A DNA stretch of 64,000 bases from Planctomycetota bacterium (GTDB taxonomy: Bacteria > Planctomycetota > UBA1135 > UBA2386). The stretch lies in NCBI GenBank assembly GCA_947501605.1, contig CANMWZ010000004.1:64001-128000 (forward strand), read 5' to 3'. Position 1 is the stretch's first letter. The number at the start of each line of letters is the position of its first letter. The notes beneath the pieces are model-generated. The model was not told the DNA's origin. It saw only the letters and a program-made list of their open reading frames with translations, and searched no databases. A program made the position numbers and the translations under genes. Of this stretch, positions 38,652-48,434 are shown piece after piece.

Positions 38652-40511
38652 ATGACCGATCGCCACGACTGGGCGCAGCCGTTCCTCAGACTCCCCGTGT
38701 TCGCCCGCCTGACCCCGGCGGAGCAGTCGCGATTGCTCGCGCGCGTGACTGCGTGCAGCTACCGCGAGGGCGAGGTGATCTTCAGCGAGGGCGATCCGCG
38801 AGCGCGGTTGTTGTTGATCCAGCGCGGTCGCGTGCAGTTGTCGCGCGTCGATGCCTATGGCCAGCGGCGAAAGGTCGTCACGCTGGTGCGCGGTGACCTG
38901 CTCGGTGAGGGCATGTTCATCGAGGGCTCGGTGCACTCGACCACCGCCACCGTCGAGATGGCGACCGAGCTGGTCTATCTGCACCGCGACGACCTTGCTG
39001 CCTTCATCGCCGGCGACCATGTGCTCGAGAAGCGCATGCTATCGAGCTTGCTCAACGAAGTAGTAGGCCGCGTCGACCAGCTGCTGTTTCGAACGAGCGG
39101 GGTGACGCATGCGTACTCGACGGGCAAGACGCGCACCGAACACGATTTGCTCGGCGACGGACCTGTCCAGGCCGAGGCTTACTTCGGACTCCAGACCCTG
39201 CGAGCGCTGGCCAACTTCGACATCTGTGGGGTTCGGCTGAACGCCTACCCCAACCTCGTTCGCGCGCTCGCGATGGTCAAGAAGGCCTGCGCGTTTGCCA
39301 ATCGCGACAGCGGCGTGCTCGATGCCGAACGCGCAACCGCGATCGCGGCGGCGTGCGACGAACTGATCGCGGGCAAGCTGCATGACTACTTCGTCGTCGA
39401 TGTCATCCAGGGTGGCGCTGGAACTTCGACCAACATGAACGCGAACGAAGTGATCGCCAATCGCGCACTCGAGCTGCTCGGACACGAGAAGGGCGACTAC
39501 GACCGGTTGCATCCGAACAATCACGTCAACTGTTCGCAGTCGACCAACGATGTCTACCCGTGTGCATTGAAGCTGGCCATGGTGCTCAGCAGCGAGAGTC
39601 TGGTTGCGGTCGTCAACGACTTGATCGGGGCGATCGAGCGCAAAGCCCTGGAGTTCCAGAATGTCGTCAAGATGGGGCGTACGCAGTTGCAGGACGCAGT
39701 CCCGATGACCTTGGGGCAGGAGTTTGGCGCCTTTGCCGCGAGCCTGCGGCAGGAGCTCAAAGGCCTCGGCAAGACGCGCGAGGATCTGTGCGTTCTCAAC
39801 CTCGGTGGAACTGCGATCGGGACTGGCATCAACACGCCAGCGGGCTACCGCGACCGCGCCATTGCCCACCTCCGCATGGTCACCGGCTTTGACCTGTCGC
39901 TCGCACCGAACCTGATCGAAGCGACGCAGGACACGCAGGGGTTCGTGATGTTCTCGTCGTCCCTCAAGAGCCTCGCCATCAAGCTGTCGAAGATCTGCAA
40001 CGACCTTCGCCTGCTGTCGTCGGGGCCGCGCGCCGGCTTGTTCGAGATCCAGTTGCCTCCGCGTCAGCCGGGTTCGTCGATCATGCCCGGAAAGGTCAAC
40101 CCGGTGATTCCAGAAGTCGTCAACCAGGTGGCATACCGGGTGATCGGCAACGACCTCACGGTGACGCTCGCAGCAGAGGCCGGGCAACTGCAGCTCAATG
40201 TGATGGAGCCGGTGATCGCGGCGTGCATCCTCGAGTCGCTCAAGATCCTGTCGAGCGCCGTGGTCACCCTGCGCCACAACTGCATCGAGGGCATCGTCGC
40301 CAACGTCGCTCAGTGCCGCGCCTATGTGGCCAACAGCATCGGTCTGGTGACCGCACTGGTCCCAGAGATCGGCTATGAGCTATCGACGCAAGTTGCTGCC
40401 GAGGCGCTGAAGACCGGCCAGAGTGTCGCCGATGTCTTGCAGGGTCGAGGACTGTTGACCGCGCGCGTGCGCGAACTGCTCGCGCCCGAACGCATGATCG
40501 AACCGGCTTGA
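38652..40511 (+). CDS. aspA: Aspartate ammonia-lyase with an N-terminal cyclic-nucleotide-binding domain
   Basis: The first ~150 aa are cNMP-like (GEVIFSEGD...IQRGRV...GDLLGE). Then come YFGLQTLRA, QGGAGTSTNMNANEV, SQSTND, KMGRTQLQDA and GSSIMPGKVNP. Confidence 0.93.
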   Translation: MTDRHDWAQPFLRLPVFARLTPAEQSRLLARVTACSYREGEVIFSEGDPRARLLLIQRGRVQLSRVDAYGQRRKVVTLVRGDLLGEGMFIEGSVHSTTATVEMATELVYLHRDDLAAFIAGDHVLEKRMLSSLLNEVVGRVDQLLFRTSGVTHAYSTGKTRTEHDLLGDGPVQAEAYFGLQTLRALANFDICGVRLNAYPNLVRALAMVKKACAFANRDSGVLDAERATAIAAACDELIAGKLHDYFVVDVIQGGAGTSTNMNANEVIANRALELLGHEKGDYDRLHPNNHVNCSQSTNDVYPCALKLAMVLSSESLVAVVNDLIGAIERKALEFQNVVKMGRTQLQDAVPMTLGQEFGAFAASLRQELKGLGKTREDLCVLNLGGTAIGTGINTPAGYRDRAIAHLRMVTGFDLSLAPNLIEATQDTQGFVMFSSSLKSLAIKLSKICNDLRLLSSGPRAGLFEIQLPPRQPGSSIMPGKVNPVIPEVVNQVAYRVIGNDLTVTLAAEAGQLQLNVMEPVIAACILESLKILSSAVVTLRHNCIEGIVANVAQCRAYVANSIGLVTALVPEIGYELSTQVAAEALKTGQSVADVLQGRGLLTARVRELLAPERMIEPA

Positions 40512-40538
40512 TGCAGTTCGCAAGGACCGGGCTTCCGC

Positions 40539-40955
40539 TCAGAAGCTAGGTCGGATCAGCAGCGCCGTGACCGTCTTGCCTTGCAACAGTCGCAGGCGCT
40601 GGCCGTCGATCTCGACCGCGTCGGCCCTGCCGATCGCTTCCAGGAACGCGTGCTCCAGCGCCATCGACTCCTGCGGGCCCGCCATGCGCGTCGCCATCGC
40701 CGGGTGTGCTCGCCACTGCCCGCGCGCGAGCGCCGCGGTGTCGAGTGAGCTGCGGTAGGTGTTGACGCCGCCATTCCCGTGCACTGAGCCGTCGCGCTGG
40801 ATGGTCAACGTCGGCACGCGGCTGCCGATCGGAATCGCAGCATCGAGTTGCCAGGTGCCGAGCAGGTCGTCGAGCGTTGCTGGACGCGGCGCCGAACTCG
40901 CGCATGCCGACAGCAAGAGGGGCAAGAACAGGGCAATGAGGAAGGAGGCTCGCAT
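40539..40955 (-). CDS. META-domain (HslJ-like) lipoprotein
   Basis: LLSAC lipobox, GNGGVNTY, ATRMAGP and LEHAFL motifs. Confidence 0.85.
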   Translation of the reverse strand: MRASFLIALFLPLLLSACASSAPRPATLDDLLGTWQLDAAIPIGSRVPTLTIQRDGSVHGNGGVNTYRSSLDTAALARGQWRAHPAMATRMAGPQESMALEHAFLEAIGRADAVEIDGQRLRLLQGKTVTALLIRPSF

Positions 40956-40958
40956 GGG

Positions 40959-43067
40959 TTAGCGCAGGATGGCTGCCGTGAACTCGGTCTCGGCATTGCT
41001 CGCACCGTAACCCCACGCTGCGAGCCCGCGCCACGGCGAAGGCAGCGCGGCTTCGATCCGAACGCCTTGCGCAACGACGGCGATCCGTTCCTTCGTTTCG
41101 GAAACGGTGATCGCAATCGTCACTGGCGAGGACCCATCCCACTCGATCGCCGCGCCGGCAAGTTCGCGCATGCCCTCGGCGCCAAGCAGTTGCAGCCGAC
41201 GGCGTCCGAAGGCGATGCCGGCGCGGATGCGGGCGGTGCCGCCGTCTTCGCCAGCGCCAAGCTCCGTGGCGCCGTCGAGCACGACGTAGCCGTTCTGCTG
41301 TTGACGTCCCGCAAGCGGGCGCAGAGTCACGGTTACTGCGGTCACCGTATCGCTCGGCGGCGATTGCAACGCAAACCCGGCGGTCGCGTTGGCGAACACC
41401 CGGTAGCCGCCGTCGATGGGCAAGATGCGGGTGATGCCGGCGGTGCGCGGGAAGGCGCCGCTGGCGAGATCGCCCGTGGTGTCGTCGTACTGCGTGCGCA
41501 GTGCCTGTAGTTGTCGTTCGAGTTGCAGGCGCAGCTCACCGTAGTCCGGGTTGTCGGCGACGCTGTGCAGTTCGTTCGGGTCCTTCTCCAGGTCGAACAA
41601 CTCGACGCCGTCGACCTCAGGCTCGTAGTAGCGAATCAGCTTGTGGCGGCTCGTGCGCACGCCGAAGTGCGCCGGCACTTGGTGCGTCGCCTTGGATTCG
41701 TAGTAGTGGTAGTAGATCGCCGTGCGCCAGTCGGCAGGTTGCTCGCCTTGCAGCAACGGCACGAGGCTCTTGCCGTGCATCGACTCCGGCACTGGAGCTC
41801 CAGCCAGGTCGAGGAAGGTCGGCGCAAAGTCGATGTTCTGGGTCAACTGCGTCACTTCCCGCGGGCCATTCACATGGCCCGGCCAGGACAGCAGCAGCGG
41901 CATGCGTAGGCTCTCCTCGTACATCCAGCGCTTGTCGTAGTAGCCGTGGTCGCCGAGGAAGAAGCCTTGGTCCGAGCTATAGATGACGATGGTGTTGGCC
42001 TTCACCACGGGATGCGCGTCGAGCCAGTCGAGCAGTTGGCCGACGCTGCGGTCGACACCGGCGACACAGCGAAGGTAGTTCTTGAGGTAGCGCTGCAGTT
42101 TCCAGCGGACGAGGGCCTGGTCCTTTGGCGGATCGCGACGAAACGCTGCATTCTCGGCAGCGAACGCAGCCAGGAAGGTCGTGCGCTGGGCGTCGGAGAG
42201 ACGCGTCATCATGGGGTCCCACCACGTGTCCTTTCCCCTCGCCCGGGTGCGTTCGGCCTCGGTTGGCTCGACCATCAAGTCAGAGTGCAGATACAGATCG
42301 CGGTCGATTTGCATCTCCGTCGCAGCCGCGGCGCCGATGCGGTCGCGGTAGTCATCGAACAGCGTCTCGGGCTCCGGCAGTGTCGTGTCGCGGTAGAGCG
42401 CGAGGTCTTGTGGCGCTGGCATCCACTCGCGATGAGGCGCTTTGTGCTGGCACATCAGCACGAACGGCTTGTCCGCGTCGCGGCCGTGTTCGAGCCACTC
42501 GATGGCCATCGAAGTGGTCAGGTCTGTGACGTGGCCGTCCTTGCGTACGCGCCCGGTCGCGGTTTCGAAGTCGGGGTTGTAGTAGTGCCCTTGGCCCGGA
42601 AGCACGGCCCACGTGTCGAAGCCCTGCGGTTCCGACTCGAGGTGCCATTTGCCGAAGATCGCGGTGGTGTAACCGGCCTGCTGCAGCAGCTGAGGAAACG
42701 TCCGCTGCGCGCCGTCGAAGAGGTTGCCGTTGCGCATGAAGCCATTGGCGTGACTGTGCAAGCCGGTCAGGATCGTGGCGCGCGACGGGCCGCACAGGGC
42801 GTTACCGCAGAAGTTGTTGCGGAACAAGACGCCGTCCGCTGCGAGGCGATCAATGTTGGGTGTCCGATTCAGCTTCGACCCATACGCACTGATCGCATGC
42901 GCGGCGTGATCGTCACTCAACACGAACAGGATGTTCGGGCGCGTTCCCTGCAGCGACGGTTTCGCTGGGTCCTGGGCCAGCAGGAGGCTCGCGAACAACG
43001 GCCACGCTAGGACCGTGCGTCGCAGGCACGTTGGCACGTTCACGAGGCGCTCGGCGAGTCGTCGCAT
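40959..43067 (-). CDS. Sulfatase (formylglycine-dependent) with a C-terminal extension
   Basis: PNILFVLSDD, CGPSRATILTG (CxPxR), GKWHL, HKAPH, SDQGFFLGDHG and DKRWMYEESLR. The start is uncertain. Confidence 0.93.
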   Translation of the reverse strand: MRRLAERLVNVPTCLRRTVLAWPLFASLLLAQDPAKPSLQGTRPNILFVLSDDHAAHAISAYGSKLNRTPNIDRLAADGVLFRNNFCGNALCGPSRATILTGLHSHANGFMRNGNLFDGAQRTFPQLLQQAGYTTAIFGKWHLESEPQGFDTWAVLPGQGHYYNPDFETATGRVRKDGHVTDLTTSMAIEWLEHGRDADKPFVLMCQHKAPHREWMPAPQDLALYRDTTLPEPETLFDDYRDRIGAAAATEMQIDRDLYLHSDLMVEPTEAERTRARGKDTWWDPMMTRLSDAQRTTFLAAFAAENAAFRRDPPKDQALVRWKLQRYLKNYLRCVAGVDRSVGQLLDWLDAHPVVKANTIVIYSSDQGFFLGDHGYYDKRWMYEESLRMPLLLSWPGHVNGPREVTQLTQNIDFAPTFLDLAGAPVPESMHGKSLVPLLQGEQPADWRTAIYYHYYESKATHQVPAHFGVRTSRHKLIRYYEPEVDGVELFDLEKDPNELHSVADNPDYGELRLQLERQLQALRTQYDDTTGDLASGAFPRTAGITRILPIDGGYRVFANATAGFALQSPPSDTVTAVTVTLRPLAGRQQQNGYVVLDGATELGAGEDGGTARIRAGIAFGRRRLQLLGAEGMRELAGAAIEWDGSSPVTIAITVSETKERIAVVAQGVRIEAALPSPWRGLAAWGYGASNAETEFTAAILR

Positions 43068-43101
43068 GGCCCGACGATAGTGCAGGACCGCACCGGCAGC
43101 G

Positions 43102-44004
43102 TCACTGACCGCGTGGAAGCCGGTCGCTGGTCGCAGAGCGGTAGAAGTCGGCGATGATCTGCCAGCACTCCTGCGCCGTCTCCGCGAAGCGGACGAGTTC
43201 GAGATCCTCAGGTGCGATCGTGCCCTCGTCGACGAACATCTGCCAATCGATGAGTTTGGCCCAGTAGTCGCGGCCGAACAGTACGACAGGCATCGGTTGC
43301 ATGCGGTGGGTCTGGATCAGCGTCAGCGCCTCGAACAACTCGTCGAGGGTGCCGAAGCCGCCCGGAAAGGCGACCATCGCCTTGGCGCGCATCAAGAAGT
43401 GCATCTTCCGGATCGCGAAGTACTTGAACTCGAAGCAGAGCTCAGGGCTGATGAAGCTGTTGGGCTCCTGCTCGAACGGCAGCGTGATGTTGAGGCCGAT
43501 CGACTTGGCGCCGACGTCGTGCGCCCCGCGGTTCGCGGCCTCCATGATGCCGGGACCGCCGCCGGTGCAGATCACGTTCTCGAGTTTGCCGTCGTGGTTG
43601 CCCTGGGTCGACACGATGCGCGCGAGTTCGCGAGCTTCCTCGTAGTAGTGTGCCTTCTTCAGCACGTTCTCGGCGATGCGGACGCTGCGCTGCAGCCGCG
43701 GGTCCGCGGGCTTCTTGGCCAGCTCCTGACGGCAGCGGAGGAGTCTCTGCTTCGCAGCTTCGGGCTCGATCACTCGGGTGCCGCCAAAGACGACAATCGT
43801 CGAGGCGATACCGTTCTCCTGCATGACCAGCTCAGGCTTCAGCAGCTCGAGTTGCAGGCGCACAGGACGCAGCTCTTCGCGGCCCATGAAGTCTGGGTCG
43901 AGGTGCGACTGGCGGTAGGAGGGGGAGTGCCGGAGGGCAGCGATCCGCTCGGCATGGCCGGTGGGGCTGTCGGCCGTGGCGGGGGCCGTCGGGTGAGAAC
44001 GCAT
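43102..44004 (-). CDS. LOG family (TIGR00730-like) nucleotide phosphoribohydrolase
   Basis: TGGGPGIMEAANRGA, GLNITLPFEQ, YFAIRK and PGGFGTLDE motifs. Confidence 0.92.
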   Translation of the reverse strand: MRSHPTAPATADSPTGHAERIAALRHSPSYRQSHLDPDFMGREELRPVRLQLELLKPELVMQENGIASTIVVFGGTRVIEPEAAKQRLLRCRQELAKKPADPRLQRSVRIAENVLKKAHYYEEARELARIVSTQGNHDGKLENVICTGGGPGIMEAANRGAHDVGAKSIGLNITLPFEQEPNSFISPELCFEFKYFAIRKMHFLMRAKAMVAFPGGFGTLDELFEALTLIQTHRMQPMPVVLFGRDYWAKLIDWQMFVDEGTIAPEDLELVRFAETAQECWQIIADFYRSATSDRLPRGQ

Positions 44005-44118
44005 CAGTGAGGTGCCAAAGCGAGGCGACTTGGCCGTTCCCATCGGCATTTCCGCGGTTGGACGGGAGCGGATTTCTGCGGATCGCGAGTGGTGGGGCCG
44101 CACCGCTATGTTGTTGGT

Positions 44119-45288
44119 GTGCCCGAGTCCCGTTCGAATCGTCTGCGGTTGACCTACTGCGGCAATGTGCATGCGGCCCAATCCGTCGGCGGCTTCCTCG
44201 ACGGGCTCGATCGCTTCGCCGTACCGGTGCGCGACCTTGGCCGGGTCGCTGGGCGTCCGTTTGGTCTTGGCGCGTGGTGGCCTGCCTCGGTCGCTGCCGA
44301 GATCGCGCGCGAACCGGCAGTGCAAGAACGCGTGCGCCGTGCGCTCGCCGAGCGCGACCTGCCGCTGTGGACGCTGAACGTGTTTCCGCACGGCGACTTC
44401 CACGACGACATCGTCAAGGAGGCGGTCTACCGGCCGGACTGGGGCACCGAAGAGCGCGTGGTCTACACCCGCGACTGCGCCGAGGCGGCTGCGTCCCTGG
44501 TGCCTGCCGGGACGGTAGTGCCACTGTCAACCTTGCCACTCGGCTATCGCGCCGCGGGGGCCGACCCGGCCACGCTGCGGCTGATGGCTTGCAACCTCGC
44601 GCGCGCTGCAACTCACTTGCACGAACTGCACGAGCGCACCGGTGTGCATTGCGTCCTGGCGCTCGAACCGGAGCCGTTCTGTCTGTTGGAGACTGCCGCT
44701 GCCGCGGCGAAGTTCTTCGAACAGTGGTTGCTGACCGCAGGCGTTGCGAATGCGGTGCCGGAACGCGCTGTGCGCGCGCATCTCGGCGTCTGCGTCGACC
44801 TGTGCCATGCGTTCGTCGTCGGCGAGGACCCACTTGCTGTGTTGCGCGACCTGCATGCGCGCGGCATTTCGGTGCCCAAGGTCCAGGTGTCGTCGTGTCT
44901 TGAGTTGCGCGCCCCATCGGGCCTCGACGAACTGTTGGCCTTCGACGAAGTCCGCTACTTGCATCAGACGATCGCTGCCAGCGGCGAACGAGCGCTCGAT
45001 CTCGGCGAGGTCGCCGCACGGCGCTCTGAGTTCGAACGCGCGCTCGCGCACGGTCCGGTCCGGACCCACTACCACATGCCTCTCTGGTGGGATCGCGACG
45101 GCGCGTTCGGCTCGACGCGGGCCTTGCTGGAGCGGGCGCTCGACGGCCTGCGCCAACTACCGTCGCCGCCGCTGTGCGAGGTCGAGACCTACACCTGGTC
45201 GGTGCTGACGGGCGAATTGTGCAATGCGCCGCTGCCAGAACGCATCGCTCGCGAGCTCGACTTCGCGGCAAAACGACTCGGAATCTGA
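44119..45288 (+). CDS. eboE: Metabolite traffic protein EboE
   Basis: LTYCGNVH, TLNVFPHGDFH, VKEAVYRPDW, STLPLG, LALEPEP, CVDLCH, YLHQ, RTHYHMP and EVETYTW motifs. The start is either 44089 or 44119. Confidence 0.88.
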   Translation: MPESRSNRLRLTYCGNVHAAQSVGGFLDGLDRFAVPVRDLGRVAGRPFGLGAWWPASVAAEIAREPAVQERVRRALAERDLPLWTLNVFPHGDFHDDIVKEAVYRPDWGTEERVVYTRDCAEAAASLVPAGTVVPLSTLPLGYRAAGADPATLRLMACNLARAATHLHELHERTGVHCVLALEPEPFCLLETAAAAAKFFEQWLLTAGVANAVPERAVRAHLGVCVDLCHAFVVGEDPLAVLRDLHARGISVPKVQVSSCLELRAPSGLDELLAFDEVRYLHQTIAASGERALDLGEVAARRSEFERALAHGPVRTHYHMPLWWDRDGAFGSTRALLERALDGLRQLPSPPLCEVETYTWSVLTGELCNAPLPERIARELDFAAKRLGI

Positions 45289-45340
45289 CACTGCTCGTCT
45301 TCCGGACGTATCCTGTCGCGCCCGTGCTTCCGACCGAGCG

Positions 45341-46009
45341 ATGATCCACCTGCAAAACGTCACCAAGAGCTACCGCCAGGGCGAGCGGTCGGTCCTCGCC
45401 TGTGAAGTCCGCGAGTTGCGAATCGAGAAGGGCGAACACGTCGCGCTGATTGGCCGGTCGGGCACTGGCAAAACCACGCTGCTGCATGTGCTCGCGGGCA
45501 TCCTGCGACCGGACGAGGGCACGATCGACATCGCCGGCAGGCGCATCGACACCATGTCCGAGTCCGAACGCGATCGCTTCCGTGGGCAGCACATCGGCAT
45601 GGTCTACCAGACCTTCAATCTGCTGCAGCCGTTCACGGCATTGGAGAACGTGCTGCTCGGCGCGCTGTTCGGGCGCGGTGCGAGTCACGCGGCCAGTCAA
45701 CGAGCAAAGAGCCTGCTCGAACGCACCGGTCTTGGTGACCGCATGCACCATCGTCCGAGCGAGTTGTCGGTGGGGCAGGTCCAGCGCGTCGCGATTTGCC
45801 GCGCGTTGGTCAACGACCCCGAGGTCGTCCTCATGGACGAGCCCCTCGGCAACCAGGACCGTTCGACCGGTGGGCAGGTCCTCCAGTTGCTGCTCGAGCT
45901 TGCGCGCGAAGGCGGCAAGACCGTGGTGATGGTCACTCACGACCCCGATTCGGCTTCGCGCATGCAGCGGACCATCGACTTGGCGACGCTGCGGAGGCAT
46001 GCGTCGTGA
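45341..46009 (+). CDS. ABC transporter ATP-binding protein (LolD/MacB-like)
   Basis: GRSGTGKT, LSVGQVQR, MDEPLGN and VTHD motifs. Confidence 0.93.
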   Translation: MIHLQNVTKSYRQGERSVLACEVRELRIEKGEHVALIGRSGTGKTTLLHVLAGILRPDEGTIDIAGRRIDTMSESERDRFRGQHIGMVYQTFNLLQPFTALENVLLGALFGRGASHAASQRAKSLLERTGLGDRMHHRPSELSVGQVQRVAICRALVNDPEVVLMDEPLGNQDRSTGGQVLQLLLELAREGGKTVVMVTHDPDSASRMQRTIDLATLRRHAS

Positions 46010-47397
46010 AACTCTGGTCGATCAGTGTGCGCAACCTGCGCATTCGCCTTGTGTCGACGATTCTGACGATGCTTGCGATCACGGTCGCGACCGGACTCTA
46101 CGCGGCGATCATGCTGATGGCCCAGCAGACGCGAGAGCGCTACGAGGGGAGCATCGGCGGCTACCAGACCGTGTTCGGGCCGAAGGACAGTTCGCAGCTC
46201 GAGCTGTTGCTCAACACGATTTTCAACGTGGGTGAGGCGCCTGGGCAGATCCCGCTGAAGGTCTGCGATGACTTGCGCGAAGGCCGCGTGACCCGCCGCG
46301 GCGTGGTGCGCTATGCGATCCCACAAGGCCGCGGCGACAGCATCAGTCGCTACGGCTTCCCGGTTATCGGCACCACCGATGAGATGTTCTCGCTGTTCGA
46401 GTGGCAGCGGGCGCCTCTGCGGTTCCAAGAGGGCGGGCCCTGGGCGTTTGCCTATCAGGACCTCAAGGTGCTCGCGGACGAACTGGCCGCCTTCGAGACC
46501 GTGCGCCGAACCGGCGAGGGCACGCTGCCGGTGCGACCGGTGATCGACCCAAAGTGGAAAAAGGCGGTTATCGGTCAGCGTGTCGCGCGTTCGCTCGAGC
46601 TCTCTCTCGGTAGCACCATCGTGCCGGTGCACGGCAAGTTCGGCGAGTTCGGTTCGCACGAGCATCCCGAGGCCGCCTGTGAAGTGGTGGGCATTCTCGC
46701 GCCCACCAACTCGCCGCTCGACACGACCGTGTTCCTACCGCTCGGCGTCCAGCTTCTGGTCGGTGGGCACGAAGGCGGCCTGTTCAAGGTCGAGGTGCCT
46801 CAGGGAAAGAACCCAGACGATGCCGCCAAGCTGCCCGTCACTGCCGGCCAGCTCGCCCTCACGGCGTTACTCGTTGATCCGAAGGATCCGGTTGGTGCCC
46901 AGATCCTTCGTCGTGAGTTCAGTGCGCGCGGCGATGCCCAGGCAGCGTGGCCGCAGGACGTGATTCCCAAGTTCTTGCGCCAACTCGGCAACGCCGCCGA
47001 CTGGCTCGAGATCATCGCCCAACTCGTACTCGTGGTTGCGGCCATGATGATCGCCGTAGCGATCTACAACACGATGAACGAACGCCGGCGGGAGATTGCG
47101 ATCATGCGTTCGCTCGGTGCGCGCCGCACCCAGATCGTGGCCATCATCGTCGGCGAAGCTACCATGCTGTCGCTCGGCGGTGCGGTGCTCGGCGTGCTGC
47201 TCTGCCACGTTGCCGCCTTCTTCTTGCGGTCCACAATCGAAGACATGACCGGCGTCTGGCTCGACTGGACTGCATTCGCCGACCGCGAGCTGTATCTTCT
47301 GCTCGGCGTTGCTCTGCTCGGTGCGAGCGCCGGGCTATTGCCCGCGATCAAGGGCTCGACCACGCAGGTTGCCGACAATCTCTCCCAGACCTACTGA
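46006..47397 (+). CDS. ABC transporter permease (FtsX/MacB-like)
   Basis: N-terminal TM segment, a large periplasmic domain with HGKFGEFGSHEH, then ERRREIAIMRSLGA and three TM segments. GTG start overlaps the ATPase stop. Confidence 0.9.
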   Translation: MKLWSISVRNLRIRLVSTILTMLAITVATGLYAAIMLMAQQTRERYEGSIGGYQTVFGPKDSSQLELLLNTIFNVGEAPGQIPLKVCDDLREGRVTRRGVVRYAIPQGRGDSISRYGFPVIGTTDEMFSLFEWQRAPLRFQEGGPWAFAYQDLKVLADELAAFETVRRTGEGTLPVRPVIDPKWKKAVIGQRVARSLELSLGSTIVPVHGKFGEFGSHEHPEAACEVVGILAPTNSPLDTTVFLPLGVQLLVGGHEGGLFKVEVPQGKNPDDAAKLPVTAGQLALTALLVDPKDPVGAQILRREFSARGDAQAAWPQDVIPKFLRQLGNAADWLEIIAQLVLVVAAMMIAVAIYNTMNERRREIAIMRSLGARRTQIVAIIVGEATMLSLGGAVLGVLLCHVAAFFLRSTIEDMTGVWLDWTAFADRELYLLLGVALLGASAGLLPAIKGSTTQVADNLSQTY

Positions 47398-47404
47398 ACT
47401 CGCC

Positions 47405-48145
47405 ATGAAGATCGTCGTCACTGCTCTGCTCTCGCTTGCACTGTTGCCAGGTCAGCAGCCCCTGCCGACGCCGACGCCGACGCCGCCCAAGGTGGCGCCC
47501 AAGGTCGAGAAGGCTGAGCCGAAGCCAGCGGCAGACAAGCCTCGTCAACCCGAAGCGCCCCAGCAACCCGAACCCAAGCAACCTGTCGAGACGCCAAAGG
47601 ACCCGGTCAAGGATCCCGCACAAGAGTCCCCAGGCCAACCCCGGGAAGGCGATCCTGCCCCGGTGATCCCGCAGGGGTCTGACCCCGCGGATCTGGCGGC
47701 CATGCGGAGCGCCGAGGCCATGTTGGCCGCGGAACGTCGACTGGCGCAGTTGCTCAAGGAAGGCAAGATCGCCGGGCTCGACAAGGTGGTGACCTTCGAC
47801 GAGTTGACGGCATGGGTCTACGAGGACGGTCTCAAGGGCATGCCGAAGAAACTCAAGGACCTCAACGGCAAGAAGGTGCTGATGTCCGGCTTCATGCTGC
47901 CCATCGACGAGGTGCAGAACATCAAGGAGTTCTTGCTCGTCCAGTCGCTGTGGTCGTGCTGCTACGGCCAGCCCCCTGACATCAATGGCATCGTGCGCGT
48001 AGTCATGCCAAAGGGCAAAACGACGGATTACTTCTTCGACCCCTTGAAGGTCATCGGCACGTTCAAGGTCGAAGCGACGACGATCGACGGCTACTGCGTC
48101 GACATCTATCAGATCGAAGTCGAGAGCCTCGAAGCGCTCAAGTAG
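47405..48145 (+). CDS. DUF3299-like exported protein with a Pro-rich linker
   Basis: Signal peptide and PTPTPTPP linker, then LNGKKVLMSGFMLP...EFLLV...CCYGQPP...V. Confidence 0.75.
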   Translation: MKIVVTALLSLALLPGQQPLPTPTPTPPKVAPKVEKAEPKPAADKPRQPEAPQQPEPKQPVETPKDPVKDPAQESPGQPREGDPAPVIPQGSDPADLAAMRSAEAMLAAERRLAQLLKEGKIAGLDKVVTFDELTAWVYEDGLKGMPKKLKDLNGKKVLMSGFMLPIDEVQNIKEFLLVQSLWSCCYGQPPDINGIVRVVMPKGKTTDYFFDPLKVIGTFKVEATTIDGYCVDIYQIEVESLEALK

Positions 48146-48365
48146 GCGTCGGGTCTCAGGCCCCGCTAGGCCGCTCTGCCGCTAGGTATCTGGGCCTATG
48201 GGCCCCTCTGAGTGTGTGGGGGGCCTCAGGGTTGTGGTCCCGCGGCGCTGTGGCCTGCTGGTTGCGCCCTTTGCCTGGTTGGTCCGCAGGGGTGGATATC
48301 TCCGGCTGGGGCATGGTTCCGTCCGATGCCAGCGCAGACTCGGGAAGATTCTGTCGAGGTTCACC

Positions 48366-48393
48366 CAAGTAGCGACAGATCTCGCGCCGATAG
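48366..48393 (+). promoter_or_regulatory. Possible sigma28 (FliA/SigD)-type promoter
   Basis: CAAG-N16-GCCGATAG, about 40 bp upstream of the HD-GYP gene ATG. The -35 match is poor. Confidence 0.3.
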
Positions 48394-48434
48394 GCGAAGC
48401 GATGTTGTCCGATCCGTCGCGAGCCGGGAACGGG

